NCBI GenBank assembly: GCA_035389045.1
Contig: DAOORA010000001.1
Coordinates: 84,017 to 148,016, forward strand
DNA: 64,000 nucleotides
Direction: 5' to 3'
Source: Bacteroidales bacterium
Lineage (GTDB): Bacteria > Bacteroidota > Bacteroidia > Bacteroidales > CAIWKO01
Made by a program: the position numbers and the translations under genes. The notes below the pieces were generated by a model, which saw nothing but the letters and a program-made list of their open reading frames with translations, searched no databases and was not told the origin of the DNA. Below are positions 48,107 through 57,529 of this stretch, in pieces (positions within the stretch are counted from its first letter, which is position 1; every line of letters begins with the position of its first letter).

Positions 48107-49384
48107 ATGAAAAAGTATCTTTTAATAATATTCCTGGCGATTTCTTCCGTATCGTACGCCCAGGACACAATTCGTGTAATGCATTACAATCTTTTATTTT
48201 ACGGTGTAAGCAGCGGATGGTGTTTTGAAGCGAATAATTCGCTGACGATGAAAGACAGCTGCCTGAAAAAAATAATCAGATCCGTAAAACCTGATATCTT
48301 CACAGCTAACGAGATCAAACCGGATGTGGCAGCCCATGATCATATCCTTAACAATATAATGAACACCGGAGGGATTACTTATTATAAAAGAGGTGAGATG
48401 TCCAATCTGACGGAAGGGTCAAAATTATCGAACGGGATATTTTATAACTCCGAAAAATTTGTTTTGCTGGATCAGACCAATATTCCTACCACTACCAGGG
48501 ATATCAATGTTTATGATTTCTGTTACAATGCTCTCGGTATTGAATCTGCATCATTTGACACAGCATTCCTTACGTGCATTGTTATACACCTTGAACCGGG
48601 CTCAGGTGATTCAAGCATAGCCGAAAGAACTGCACAGATAAACCTATTGATGAATCACCTCGATTCGCTGAACAAAAAAGCAAATTATCTGCTCATGGGC
48701 GATTTCAATGTATATAGCGGAGCGGAACCCTGTTTTCAGAACCTGGTCAGTCATCCGAACAGCGACACCCGGTTCTACGATCCGGTGAATATGATCGGCG
48801 CCTGGCATGATGACATTATTTACAGTAATTATCACACCCAGTCTACATACGATGGCGTTACGGGTTGTCATTCCGGCGGCGGAATGGACGACAGGTTTGA
48901 TTTCATTTTACAGAGTGAATACATAAAAAACGGCGCCAGCCATTTTCAATATTTGCCCGGCTCCTATAAAGTGCAGGGACAGGACGGCAATCATTTCAAC
49001 AAAGCTATCAATGATGGCACAAACAACAGCGCCTCTGCAGAACTTATTGATGCGTTGTATTTCATGTCCGATCACTTGCCGGTCACTTTGGACATTTCCG
49101 TTGATCAGAATGCCAAACAGCATATCCCTGAAGTTTTTGACGTGCTCTTTCCCAATCCTGTGACGGATGTACTTCATCTGTCGCTAAAGCCCGAAAGCCC
49201 GGCCATGCTTGATTTTATAATATTAAACGTGCTGGGACAACAGGTCTACTCATGCAGCTTAAGCACTTCAGAAACATCTGCAAATTTCGAATTTCCCGTT
49301 GGTTTTTTAAACCAGGGAATTTATTTTTTAACGATGTACAACGGGATTAACAAACCCGTCACTAAAAAATTCATGAAGAAATAA
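48107..49384 (+). CDS. Endonuclease/exonuclease/phosphatase (EEP) family protein with a T9SS sorting domain
   Basis: IRVMHYNL, ANYLLMGDFNVYS, DDRFDFIL and SDHLPV (EEP motifs). The C-terminus VLFPNPVTDVLHLSL...QGIYFLTMYNGINKPVTKKFMKK is a T9SS domain. Confidence 0.8.
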   Translation: MKKYLLIIFLAISSVSYAQDTIRVMHYNLLFYGVSSGWCFEANNSLTMKDSCLKKIIRSVKPDIFTANEIKPDVAAHDHILNNIMNTGGITYYKRGEMSNLTEGSKLSNGIFYNSEKFVLLDQTNIPTTTRDINVYDFCYNALGIESASFDTAFLTCIVIHLEPGSGDSSIAERTAQINLLMNHLDSLNKKANYLLMGDFNVYSGAEPCFQNLVSHPNSDTRFYDPVNMIGAWHDDIIYSNYHTQSTYDGVTGCHSGGGMDDRFDFILQSEYIKNGASHFQYLPGSYKVQGQDGNHFNKAINDGTNNSASAELIDALYFMSDHLPVTLDISVDQNAKQHIPEVFDVLFPNPVTDVLHLSLKPESPAMLDFIILNVLGQQVYSCSLSTSETSANFEFPVGFLNQGIYFLTMYNGINKPVTKKFMKK

Positions 49385-49563
49385 AATTAACCTGTTCCGT
49401 TTTACGTTCTTAGCACCTGGCACAGGATGAATTTCTCGACAATCCATCCCTTCATAGTTCATCATAAGATATATTATGATTTTGATATGTATCAACTTGG
49501 GTATTTGGGTGAAAATTATTAATAAAACTGCATAAAACGCGCTCAAGTTTGCGACAATTTTAG

Positions 49564-49571
49564 TATCTTTG
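49564..49571 (+). promoter_or_regulatory. Bacteroidota -7 promoter box TATCTTTG
   Basis: Matches TAnnTTTG and overlaps the TTG (49569) that opens the longest ORF. The ATGs at 49581 and 49587 follow. Confidence 0.45.
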
Positions 49572-49580
49572 TGCAATTTT

Positions 49581-50867
49581 ATGCGCATGACAAAACGGGC
49601 ACTATTTTTTTTGTTTTTAAATGTTTCTTTTATCGCATACCCTCAGGATACCATCCGGATTATGCAATATAACCTGATGTATTACGGACAAACCACTACC
49701 TATTGCACCGTTGCTAATAATCCGATGGCAACGAAAGACGTCAGCCTGAAGAAAATTGTGAGATATGTTAAACCCGACATATTTACTGCCAATGAAATTG
49801 CCCCGAATACAAGCACTCACCAGCACATACTCGATAACATCTTGAATATCAATGGTATTACTCACTTCAGAAAAGGTTCCATAACCAATCTTTCGGGTTC
49901 TGATCTGTCCAACGGTATGTTTTATAATTCGGACAAACTTGCTTTGTTGAGCCAGAAAAATATCATGACGAGCGTCAGGGATATCAACATCTATAATTTC
50001 TATTATAAGGCAAATAATCTGGCGTCGACAAACGACACCGCATATCTTACCTGCATTGTTATGCACCTGAAAGCCGGCAGCTACCCTGCCGATGAAACAG
50101 AAAGAGCTGTGCAGACCAATAAGCTGATGACTTATCTCAATTCGCTTAACAAAAAAGCCAACTATTTGCTGATGGGAGATTTCAATGTTTATTCCAGTGA
50201 TGAAGCGTGTTTTCAGAACATTATAAACCACTCCAATGCCAATATCAGGTTTTACGATCCTGTGAACATGGTCGGTAGCTGGAGTGGCAATTATGTTTAT
50301 TGTGATGTCCACAGTCAGTCAACACATTCCAGCTCTTCAGGCTGTTTTTCTACCGGCGGTCTGGACGACCGGTTTGATTTTATTCTGCAAAGTGAATACA
50401 TAAAAAACGGAACACAGCATTTTCAATATCTCAGCGGATCATACAAAACCATCGGCCAGGATGGGAACCATTTTAATGATGCCGTTACCGACGGAATAAA
50501 CAACAGTGCACCGGACAGCATTATTGATGCGTTATATCAGATGTCCGATCATCTCCCTGTGGTCATGAACCTGAAAGTAAACCAGACTGTGGGCTCCGAT
50601 GAACTCCAGGCTGGCAACATAGATGTGTTTTTCCCCAATCCGGTGACAGACTATCTTCGGTTGTCCCTGATGACCAGAACTGTTTCCACACTTGAATTCA
50701 GCATTATTAACCTGCTCGGTCAAAAAGTTTTTGCAGCTTCATATGAATCTGACGGGTCTTTTTTCAATTATCAAATTCCGGTCGGATCATTCACACAAGG
50801 GATTTATTTCCTGACCGTTACTGATGGAAAAAGCAAACCCGTAACTAAGAAGTTTTTAATAAAATAG
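49581..50867 (+). CDS. EEP family protein with a T9SS sorting domain, tandem paralogue of 48107-49384
   Basis: Same motif order as its neighbour (IRIMQYNL, ANYLLMGDFNVYS, DDRFDFILQSEYIKNG, SDHLPV, VFFPNPVTDYLRLSL...QGIYFLTVTDGKSKPVTKKFLIK). Confidence 0.8.
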   Translation: MRMTKRALFFLFLNVSFIAYPQDTIRIMQYNLMYYGQTTTYCTVANNPMATKDVSLKKIVRYVKPDIFTANEIAPNTSTHQHILDNILNINGITHFRKGSITNLSGSDLSNGMFYNSDKLALLSQKNIMTSVRDINIYNFYYKANNLASTNDTAYLTCIVMHLKAGSYPADETERAVQTNKLMTYLNSLNKKANYLLMGDFNVYSSDEACFQNIINHSNANIRFYDPVNMVGSWSGNYVYCDVHSQSTHSSSSGCFSTGGLDDRFDFILQSEYIKNGTQHFQYLSGSYKTIGQDGNHFNDAVTDGINNSAPDSIIDALYQMSDHLPVVMNLKVNQTVGSDELQAGNIDVFFPNPVTDYLRLSLMTRTVSTLEFSIINLLGQKVFAASYESDGSFFNYQIPVGSFTQGIYFLTVTDGKSKPVTKKFLIK

Positions 50868-51048
50868 TACAATACCAGTCCTGATTGGTTTATGAACAAA
50901 CCTGTAATAAAAGCTGCTATTCATCAAAATATGAAAATGAAAGTAATCAAATAGTCATGCACCATTTTTTACGATAAGAGCCATGGCATCTACCTGAAAA
51001 CGAACATAATAAAACCAACTATACAACTTTAAACATTTTTTTATTAAT

Positions 51049-52113
51049 ATGGAAAATAAAAAAACAATTTCTAATAAAAAGCCAATAAACATAAGTGAAG
51101 AAAAAAGACCCAAAAATCCATTTTTTTCTAAATTAATGTTTTGGGGATTATTTCTTTTGATCGGATTGACCATGGGTTTTTTTATCGGTAATCTATCAAA
51201 AAACAAAGCGCAAAAAGAAAAAGTCCAGGATGCCGAGGAATATTCTGAAATGAGGGCCGGAGGTTATGAATTTACGAATCCATTACTGGATTGTGACAAT
51301 TATCGTGCATCCAGTTCACGAAATCTTGTTGATTTAAAAAACAGCCTTGATGAATATATTCAGGATGCCCTGGAAGATGACAAAGCAAAACATATTTCTG
51401 TTTATTACCGATCACTGAACAATGGCCCCTGGGTAGGTATCAATGAACATTATAATTACACTCCAGCCAGTTTGCTCAAAGTACCCATAATGATCGCCGT
51501 TTATAAAAAAGCCGAAAAAGACACCAATTTCCTGAAGCAGAAAATTCTGTTCGATAAGATACTCGAAGTTTCTACTAACCCTAATCTGGTTGACAATAAA
51601 AGTCTTCAAATCGGCAGTACTTACACTATTGAAGAACTTATTGAATACATGATAATCCATTCTGATAATAACGCCAAAGAAATTCTTATGGGATTAATAG
51701 GAGGTGATTATCTGATGGATGTTATGATCGATTGCGGCGTAAACCTCAAAAACAGAGATTTAACCATTGATTTCATTTCAATCAAAGAATATTCTTCTTT
51801 TTTCCGTATCTTATACAATGCCTCTTACCTCGACCGTGAAATGTCTGAAAAAGCACTGAAATTGTTGAGTAATGTGACATTTGATAAAGGATTGCCGGCC
51901 AAACTTCCCAAAGACATCAAAATTGCCCATAAATTCGGTGAAAGGGCTTTTACTTATTCCAATTTAAAACAGCTGCATGACTGCGGTATCGTGTATATTC
52001 CAAATTCGCCATACCTGCTGTGTGTCATGACAAAAGGTGATGATTTTAATAAATTGGTCAGTATTATTGCAGATATTTCCGAAATGGTTTATAATGAAAC
52101 AAATACAAAATGA
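51049..52113 (+). CDS. Membrane-anchored class A beta-lactamase-like serine hydrolase
   Basis: One N-terminal TM helix. S-x-x-K (PASLLK), SDN (HSDNNA) and a K-x-G triad position (HKFGE) appear in the class A order and spacing. Confidence 0.62.
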   Translation: MENKKTISNKKPINISEEKRPKNPFFSKLMFWGLFLLIGLTMGFFIGNLSKNKAQKEKVQDAEEYSEMRAGGYEFTNPLLDCDNYRASSSRNLVDLKNSLDEYIQDALEDDKAKHISVYYRSLNNGPWVGINEHYNYTPASLLKVPIMIAVYKKAEKDTNFLKQKILFDKILEVSTNPNLVDNKSLQIGSTYTIEELIEYMIIHSDNNAKEILMGLIGGDYLMDVMIDCGVNLKNRDLTIDFISIKEYSSFFRILYNASYLDREMSEKALKLLSNVTFDKGLPAKLPKDIKIAHKFGERAFTYSNLKQLHDCGIVYIPNSPYLLCVMTKGDDFNKLVSIIADISEMVYNETNTK

Positions 52114-52143
52114 TTATTCATGTGAACAGATAATTTATTAAAA

Positions 52144-53181
52144 ATGAAAAAATTACTATTATACATAAGCTTTGTTATTTTTACAATTATCAGAATATCA
52201 GCACAAAACGGTCTGACATATGATAATAATGCTTATTTAAATGCAGATGAACAACCTTATATTATTGCAGAGCAGGTCAACGAAGGCAACCCGGGGCCTG
52301 ATCAGATATGGGATTTCAGCGCCCTTAAACAATCAGGGGAGTTGACAAGCTACATGTACTCGGCCAAAGATATCGAAGGTTGTGTTTCATTTCCTGAGGC
52401 GAATATCGTGCTGCGTGAGAAAAACACGAATTATTTTTTTAAAGTAAGCCCTTCAGGAATGGATGAATACGGAAACTCTAATGAAAATTTTTCCGTAGTT
52501 TATGACAAACCTATTGTAAAATTTCCGTTTCCTTTCACCTATGGTTCTTCCTGTTCGGGAGTATACTCGGGTACGGTGCTCAAAAAGAATAATTCATATC
52601 CCATTTCGGGAACCTATTCCACGCTTGCTGACGGTTTCGGATCGCTTATACTACCCGGGAACATAAAGATTGACAATGTATTAAGAGTCCGTTTTGTCCG
52701 CAAACGCGATAACAGCGCGACAGAGTCGGTGACCTACCGCTGGTATGCCCAAAATTCCGATCCCGTGGTCCGGTATCCGCTACTTACCATAACATTTCAC
52801 AAAAAAGGAACAAGTTCAAAAGCCCACATTGTGGCCTATTACGCTAATGCATACCAACTCGCCAATAACCAGGCAAACATCAACCCCTCTGAAATTTCAG
52901 GTGAATACACCTCTCCCGACGCAGGTATTTACGATGTGAAAATATCGCCCAATCCTTTTACCGAGAAAGCCCAAATTGAATATAGGGTTCCGGAATTATC
53001 CAGGATCAGGATAGAGGCGTTCGACAATACCGGCCGGATAGTGGAAAAACTGACGGAAGCCGAACAGGACGCTGGCCCGTATTCTGTTTTTTTCAAAGGC
53101 TCCGGGCAGTTCGTATATTATATCAGGTTCATCGCCAACGACAAGCTCATTTGTGTAAAAAAGATCATTCAGATGAAATAG
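52144..53181 (+). CDS. Hypothetical T9SS cargo protein
   Basis: Signal peptide present. The C-terminus VKISPNPFTEKAQIEYRV...FVYYIRFIANDKLICVKKIIQMK is a T9SS domain. The N-terminal domain was not recognised. Confidence 0.6.
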   Translation: MKKLLLYISFVIFTIIRISAQNGLTYDNNAYLNADEQPYIIAEQVNEGNPGPDQIWDFSALKQSGELTSYMYSAKDIEGCVSFPEANIVLREKNTNYFFKVSPSGMDEYGNSNENFSVVYDKPIVKFPFPFTYGSSCSGVYSGTVLKKNNSYPISGTYSTLADGFGSLILPGNIKIDNVLRVRFVRKRDNSATESVTYRWYAQNSDPVVRYPLLTITFHKKGTSSKAHIVAYYANAYQLANNQANINPSEISGEYTSPDAGIYDVKISPNPFTEKAQIEYRVPELSRIRIEAFDNTGRIVEKLTEAEQDAGPYSVFFKGSGQFVYYIRFIANDKLICVKKIIQMK

Positions 53182-53248
53182 TCCGGCATGATCACCTTGT
53201 CAAGGAAATGACGTCCTTGAACCTAATTACTTAATCCTGAATATCCTT

Positions 53249-54010
53249 ATGTCATCCCCCATTCGCATCGCTGCAGTTTCTTACGCCAATACGTTTCCTT
53301 TTGTTTATGGAATAGAGAATTCAGGAATACCTGGAAGTTATCAATTGATTTTGTTACCACCCGCCCAATGTGCCGTCAGATTTGCTGCAGGAGAAGCAGA
53401 TATTGCATTGGTACCTGCCGGTTCGTTGCCGGAACTGCCGGAACACAAAATTATCACGGATTATTGCATTGCAGCTGTCAGCGAAGTAAAAACCGTACTC
53501 CTGCTCAGTAATAAAAACAATTCAGAAATAAAATCCATTGGACTCGACCTTGAATCCGCCACTTCGGTGCGCCTCGTCAAAATTCTTGCCAGATATTACT
53601 GGAACATCAACCCTGAATGGCAACCCATAAATATAGCTGATTATAAAGATCATTCAGGTATCGATGCTTTTGTAGTTATCGGCGATAAAGCCATCGGACT
53701 ATCCGGGCAATTCAAATATAAAAGAGATCTGGCTTCCGAATGGCAGAAATTCATGAACCTGCCTTTTGTTTTTGCTGTCTGGATATGCAGAAAAGATTTG
53801 CCCAACGCACAAATCCGGTACTTCTCATCAGTACTGAAATTCGGAATCGATCATATAGACGATGCGGTGAAAAAATACCAGGATGCGGTCGGTAAGCATT
53901 TTGATCTGGATAGTTATTACCGCAACAATATAGATTACCTTTTCGATCAGGTCAAGAAAAATTCTTTACAAAAATTTCTTAATTTTGTTTCTGATATTGA
54001 TTATTGCTAA
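53249..54010 (+). CDS. mqnA: MqnA/MqnD-family (PF02621-like) menaquinone biosynthesis protein, probably chorismate dehydratase MqnA (futalosine pathway)
   Basis: N-terminus IRIAAVSYANTFPFVYGI, ADIALVP and LPFVFAVW, with periplasmic-binding-protein-like fold length (253 aa). Confidence 0.72.
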   Translation: MSSPIRIAAVSYANTFPFVYGIENSGIPGSYQLILLPPAQCAVRFAAGEADIALVPAGSLPELPEHKIITDYCIAAVSEVKTVLLLSNKNNSEIKSIGLDLESATSVRLVKILARYYWNINPEWQPINIADYKDHSGIDAFVVIGDKAIGLSGQFKYKRDLASEWQKFMNLPFVFAVWICRKDLPNAQIRYFSSVLKFGIDHIDDAVKKYQDAVGKHFDLDSYYRNNIDYLFDQVKKNSLQKFLNFVSDIDYC

Positions 54011-54170
54011 TTCATGGGGTAAAAATAAATTTCGGGACTGAAATACCTGTTACATTAAGTTTATCACACAAACAATTCCTGAAGATGTTATACAGAATAC
54101 CCGGATAACCGGCCATCAGCATAAGAGGTTTTTTCTGCAACAAAACAGGTTAAATATTGTTATCTCAAAT

Positions 54171-55106
54171 ATGTTTGAAACTTCACATACTAAAAATAGC
54201 GGTACAGTTCACCTTTTTCCGGCTTTTGTTCCGGAGTATTCAGGCTTTGAAACACAGGTCATTGAAAGTTACGGAGTTGACTTGCGTACCTACCTTACAA
54301 AGGCCTCCGAGGCCACCGGCGAGGATCTTACCGATTATAACATCATAAGCAACAACTTCCTGGACAACCAGCTCAGGTCGCAATATATTGCGTATATCAT
54401 AAGCTGCTGCGCTTCGGATATTTTAAACGATAAAAAACTACGCCCTGATTATGTAGCATCATACAGCATGGGCATCTATGCGGCTATGTACCATAGCGGT
54501 TCGGTGGACTTTATCACGGGACTGAACATGATAAAAACAGCGTTTAATTTGATTGAAAAAAACCTTCCTGAAAAGGCAATGTCTATGTGTGCCATCGGAG
54601 GTCTGAGCCTGGATGATATCAATGAACTCCTCCTGCCCTACCCTTCGGATGTGTTCAACATTAACCGGAACAGTGAATTTTCATTTCTGCTGTCGGGCAG
54701 GCGTGAACATCTCGAACATATAATGAACAGGGCTATATCAATTGGCGCCATGCAAACCCGCATGTTACCCGTGGCACACCCCTATCACTCGCCTTTGCTG
54801 AAAGCCGCTTCACTTGAATTTAATAATGCCCTCCTGCATATGAAAATTGGAGAAAACACATTAAAATATGTTTCTTCCATCAACCAAATAATAGTTCAGG
54901 AGCGGAAAGATATTATTGCTGAACTCACGAATAATATTTACCAGCATTTTGACTGGTACAGTACCTTTACGTTTTTTCTGAATAATGGGATGAGGACTTT
55001 CATTGAATGTGGCGCCGGCGATAGTTTATACAGGATGGGAAAATTCATCGAAGGGGATTTCAGCATTTATAATTTAAAGAATTTAAAAAAATATGCTAAG
55101 CAGTAG
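54171..55106 (+). CDS. Divergent FabD-like acyltransferase (malonyl-CoA:ACP transacylase fold)
   Basis: Collinear with FabD landmarks, but they are altered: HLFPAFVPEY (vs FPGQGSQ), SYSMGIYAAM (vs GHSLGEYSAL), MCAIGGL, NINRNSEFSFLLSG, LPVAHPYHSPLL (vs SGAFHS), FIECGAG. Confidence 0.6.
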   Translation: MFETSHTKNSGTVHLFPAFVPEYSGFETQVIESYGVDLRTYLTKASEATGEDLTDYNIISNNFLDNQLRSQYIAYIISCCASDILNDKKLRPDYVASYSMGIYAAMYHSGSVDFITGLNMIKTAFNLIEKNLPEKAMSMCAIGGLSLDDINELLLPYPSDVFNINRNSEFSFLLSGRREHLEHIMNRAISIGAMQTRMLPVAHPYHSPLLKAASLEFNNALLHMKIGENTLKYVSSINQIIVQERKDIIAELTNNIYQHFDWYSTFTFFLNNGMRTFIECGAGDSLYRMGKFIEGDFSIYNLKNLKKYAKQ

Positions 55107-55518
55107 AGAAGAAATACTTGATTTCATCAGGAAAAATCCATTGGCTTTCGTTGCCACCATGGATCATGACCAGCCCAGGGTGCGCGGGATTATGACGTAC
55201 AAAACCGATGAACAAGGCATCGTTTTCAACACGGGAAAAAATAAAGATTTTTACAGGCAACTTATAGCCAATCCAAAAGTTGAATTATGCTTTTACAGCA
55301 ATCATATACAGGTGCGTGTAACAGGGATTGTCACAGAGACTGATGAAGACCTTGCCCTGAAAAAGGAGATCGTGGCTTCGCGTCCGTTTATGCAGCCATG
55401 GATAGAAGCTGCCGGCTACGAGATCATAGGGCTTTTCAGAATTTGCAACTGTAAAGCACATGTGTGGAGCGCTGATGCTCCTATGGCACGAAAACGCCCG
55501 GTAGACTTATTCAGTTAA
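55093..55518 (+). CDS. Pyridoxamine 5'-phosphate oxidase-family (FMN-binding split-barrel) protein
   Basis: 141 aa, NPLAFVATMDHDQPRVRGI...VELCFYS...QVRVTG pattern. It overlaps the acyltransferase gene by 14 nt. Confidence 0.62.
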   Translation: MLSSREEILDFIRKNPLAFVATMDHDQPRVRGIMTYKTDEQGIVFNTGKNKDFYRQLIANPKVELCFYSNHIQVRVTGIVTETDEDLALKKEIVASRPFMQPWIEAAGYEIIGLFRICNCKAHVWSADAPMARKRPVDLFS

Positions 55519-55531
55519 TCCGGAAAAATCG

Positions 55532-55539
55532 TACCTTTG
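55532..55539 (+). promoter_or_regulatory. Bacteroidota -7 promoter box TACCTTTG
   Basis: Matches TAnnTTTG, 18 nt upstream of the TTG start at 55557. Confidence 0.45.
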
Positions 55540-55556
55540 CATAAAATAATATTACA

Positions 55557-56774
55557 TTGAAATTTGAAGAATTTGGTTTCGACGCGCGACTGCTCGAAGG
55601 AATAGATGCTATTGGTTATCAGTCCGCCACTCCTATACAGGAAAAAGCCATCCCTTTGATTATGCAGGGCAGGGATATGATTGGCTCGGCGCAGACAGGC
55701 ACAGGCAAAACAGCTGCATTTTTATTACCCATTATTAATAATATCATCACATCAGAACATCATGATCATATAAAAGCTATGGTCATTGAGCCCACACGTG
55801 AACTTGCTGTTCAAGTGGATCAGCAGATGGAAGGTTTCTCGTATTTCACGCCGGTGAGCTCTATTGCGATATATGGTGGCACCGACGGGGCATCCTTCGG
55901 AATTGAAAAACAATCACTGACCGAAGGTGTGGATATGGTAATCTGCACACCCGGCCGCATGATTGCCCACCTGAATCAGGGCTATGTTGATCTTTCACAT
56001 TTAAAATACCTGATTCTGGATGAAGCCGACCGCATGCTCGACATGGGTTTCTATGATGACATTATGCAGATCATTTCGTATATGCCGAAAGACCGGCAAA
56101 ACCTGATGTTTTCGGCTACCATGCCGGAACAGATACGCCAACTGACGCGCAAGATACTGGTTGAACCGGAAGAGATCAGTATTGCTCTAGCAAAGCCATC
56201 AGAAAACGTGCTGCAATTGGCATATGTGGTTTACGGCAACCAGAAAGTACCACTGGTAACCCAGCTGCTTGATTCGAAAAAGCTCGGCTCTGTACTGGTG
56301 TTCTGTTCCACAAAAATCAGTGCCAAACAACTGAGCCGGGAACTTAAACACAAAGGCCTGAAAGTGGAAGAGATACACTCAGACCTCGACCAGAAAAAGC
56401 GCGAGGAAGTGTTGCTGGATTTTCGTAACCGGAAGCTGAATATACTTGTTGCCACGGATATTTTATCCCGCGGCATCGACGTAGAAGATATTGATATGGT
56501 GATCAATTACGATGTTCCCAACGACGGTGAAGATTATATACACCGTATAGGCCGCACGGCACGCGCCGAAGCCGATGGCATCGCCATCACCCTGATCAGC
56601 CCCGAAGAACAGCAAAAATTTGCCGGTATTGAAAAACTACTCGGCGAAGAAGTCCATAAAGGTGTCGTTCCGCAGATGTTCGGCGCATGTCCTTTATACG
56701 ACCCTAAGGCAAACAGGCCGAAACCGCGTTTTGGCAGAAAACCGGGGAGAAATCAAAGAAACGGGAAACCCTGA
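55557..56774 (+). CDS. DEAD-box ATP-dependent RNA helicase
   Basis: Q-motif region, AQTGTGKT, PTRELA, DEAD, SAT and HRIGRTAR, with a basic C-terminal tail. Confidence 0.93.
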   Translation: MKFEEFGFDARLLEGIDAIGYQSATPIQEKAIPLIMQGRDMIGSAQTGTGKTAAFLLPIINNIITSEHHDHIKAMVIEPTRELAVQVDQQMEGFSYFTPVSSIAIYGGTDGASFGIEKQSLTEGVDMVICTPGRMIAHLNQGYVDLSHLKYLILDEADRMLDMGFYDDIMQIISYMPKDRQNLMFSATMPEQIRQLTRKILVEPEEISIALAKPSENVLQLAYVVYGNQKVPLVTQLLDSKKLGSVLVFCSTKISAKQLSRELKHKGLKVEEIHSDLDQKKREEVLLDFRNRKLNILVATDILSRGIDVEDIDMVINYDVPNDGEDYIHRIGRTARAEADGIAITLISPEEQQKFAGIEKLLGEEVHKGVVPQMFGACPLYDPKANRPKPRFGRKPGRNQRNGKP

Positions 56775-56908
56775 TATTTTTTATGCAGTTTTGCCTGCAG
56801 TTTTCAAAGTCTTTTTTACCAACCGGATATATAGTATTTGTTCCTTTTGCCATTTTTTTCCCGCCGTGGTGGAGGTTTTTTCGATTATCCCTCAATGTGT
56901 CAGGTAAT

Positions 56909-57499
56909 TCACAACAACTCTTCGAGTTTGACAAGGTCAATAATAAAATCACTTGATTCATAGGTACTTCCGCTTCCTTTAAATTTTATTCTGATACTAT
57001 CTGCCGGCACTAAATTTAAGGTATCCCTGATTGTGAATTTTTCCCAATTATTCCACACGCCGAGGTTTATTTCTTTGTTTTTTATTGTCAACCCATTTCT
57101 TATTTGAGACAGGGAAACGGTTGCCGAATTTTGACCTGAATTGAGCGTTGCATAACATGAAAGTGACAAAAATTTGTTCCCGGAAAAATTTGTCAGATAC
57201 TTTTCAGCATAACTGAAGTGAAGTTTTTGGGCTTTTAAGTTCAATGCCCATTGTCCGCCGCCAGGGCAATCCGATGAAACAACAGTATCATATGGCACAC
57301 CACTATAATAATCATAAAACAAATTCCAGGCGGTAATATCGGGGTTGTTATTATTTTCAAAACTTGTTTCAAATAATACGACAATTTGATCAGGTTCATC
57401 TGAAGGGGTAATCTCATTTTCTTTTGTGCAGGAACAAAGGATAAATAACAATCCAAAGATCAATATATTTACGTGTTTCGCATTAAGTCGTTTTAGCAT
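56909..57499 (-). CDS. Hypothetical lipoprotein (possible carbohydrate-binding/jelly-roll-like domain)
   Basis: 196 aa with a lipobox (LFILCSCTKE). No recognisable motif. Confidence 0.5.
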   Translation of the reverse strand: MLKRLNAKHVNILIFGLLFILCSCTKENEITPSDEPDQIVVLFETSFENNNNPDITAWNLFYDYYSGVPYDTVVSSDCPGGGQWALNLKAQKLHFSYAEKYLTNFSGNKFLSLSCYATLNSGQNSATVSLSQIRNGLTIKNKEINLGVWNNWEKFTIRDTLNLVPADSIRIKFKGSGSTYESSDFIIDLVKLEELL

Positions 57500-57529
57500 G
57501 ATGTATTACGTTTTGCTGCCTGGCAATTT

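Noticed and set aside
49617-50312. 231-aa minus-strand ORF
   Set aside because: It is antisense to the EEP paralogue, whose motifs (GDFN, SDHLPV, T9SS tail) clearly define the plus strand as coding.
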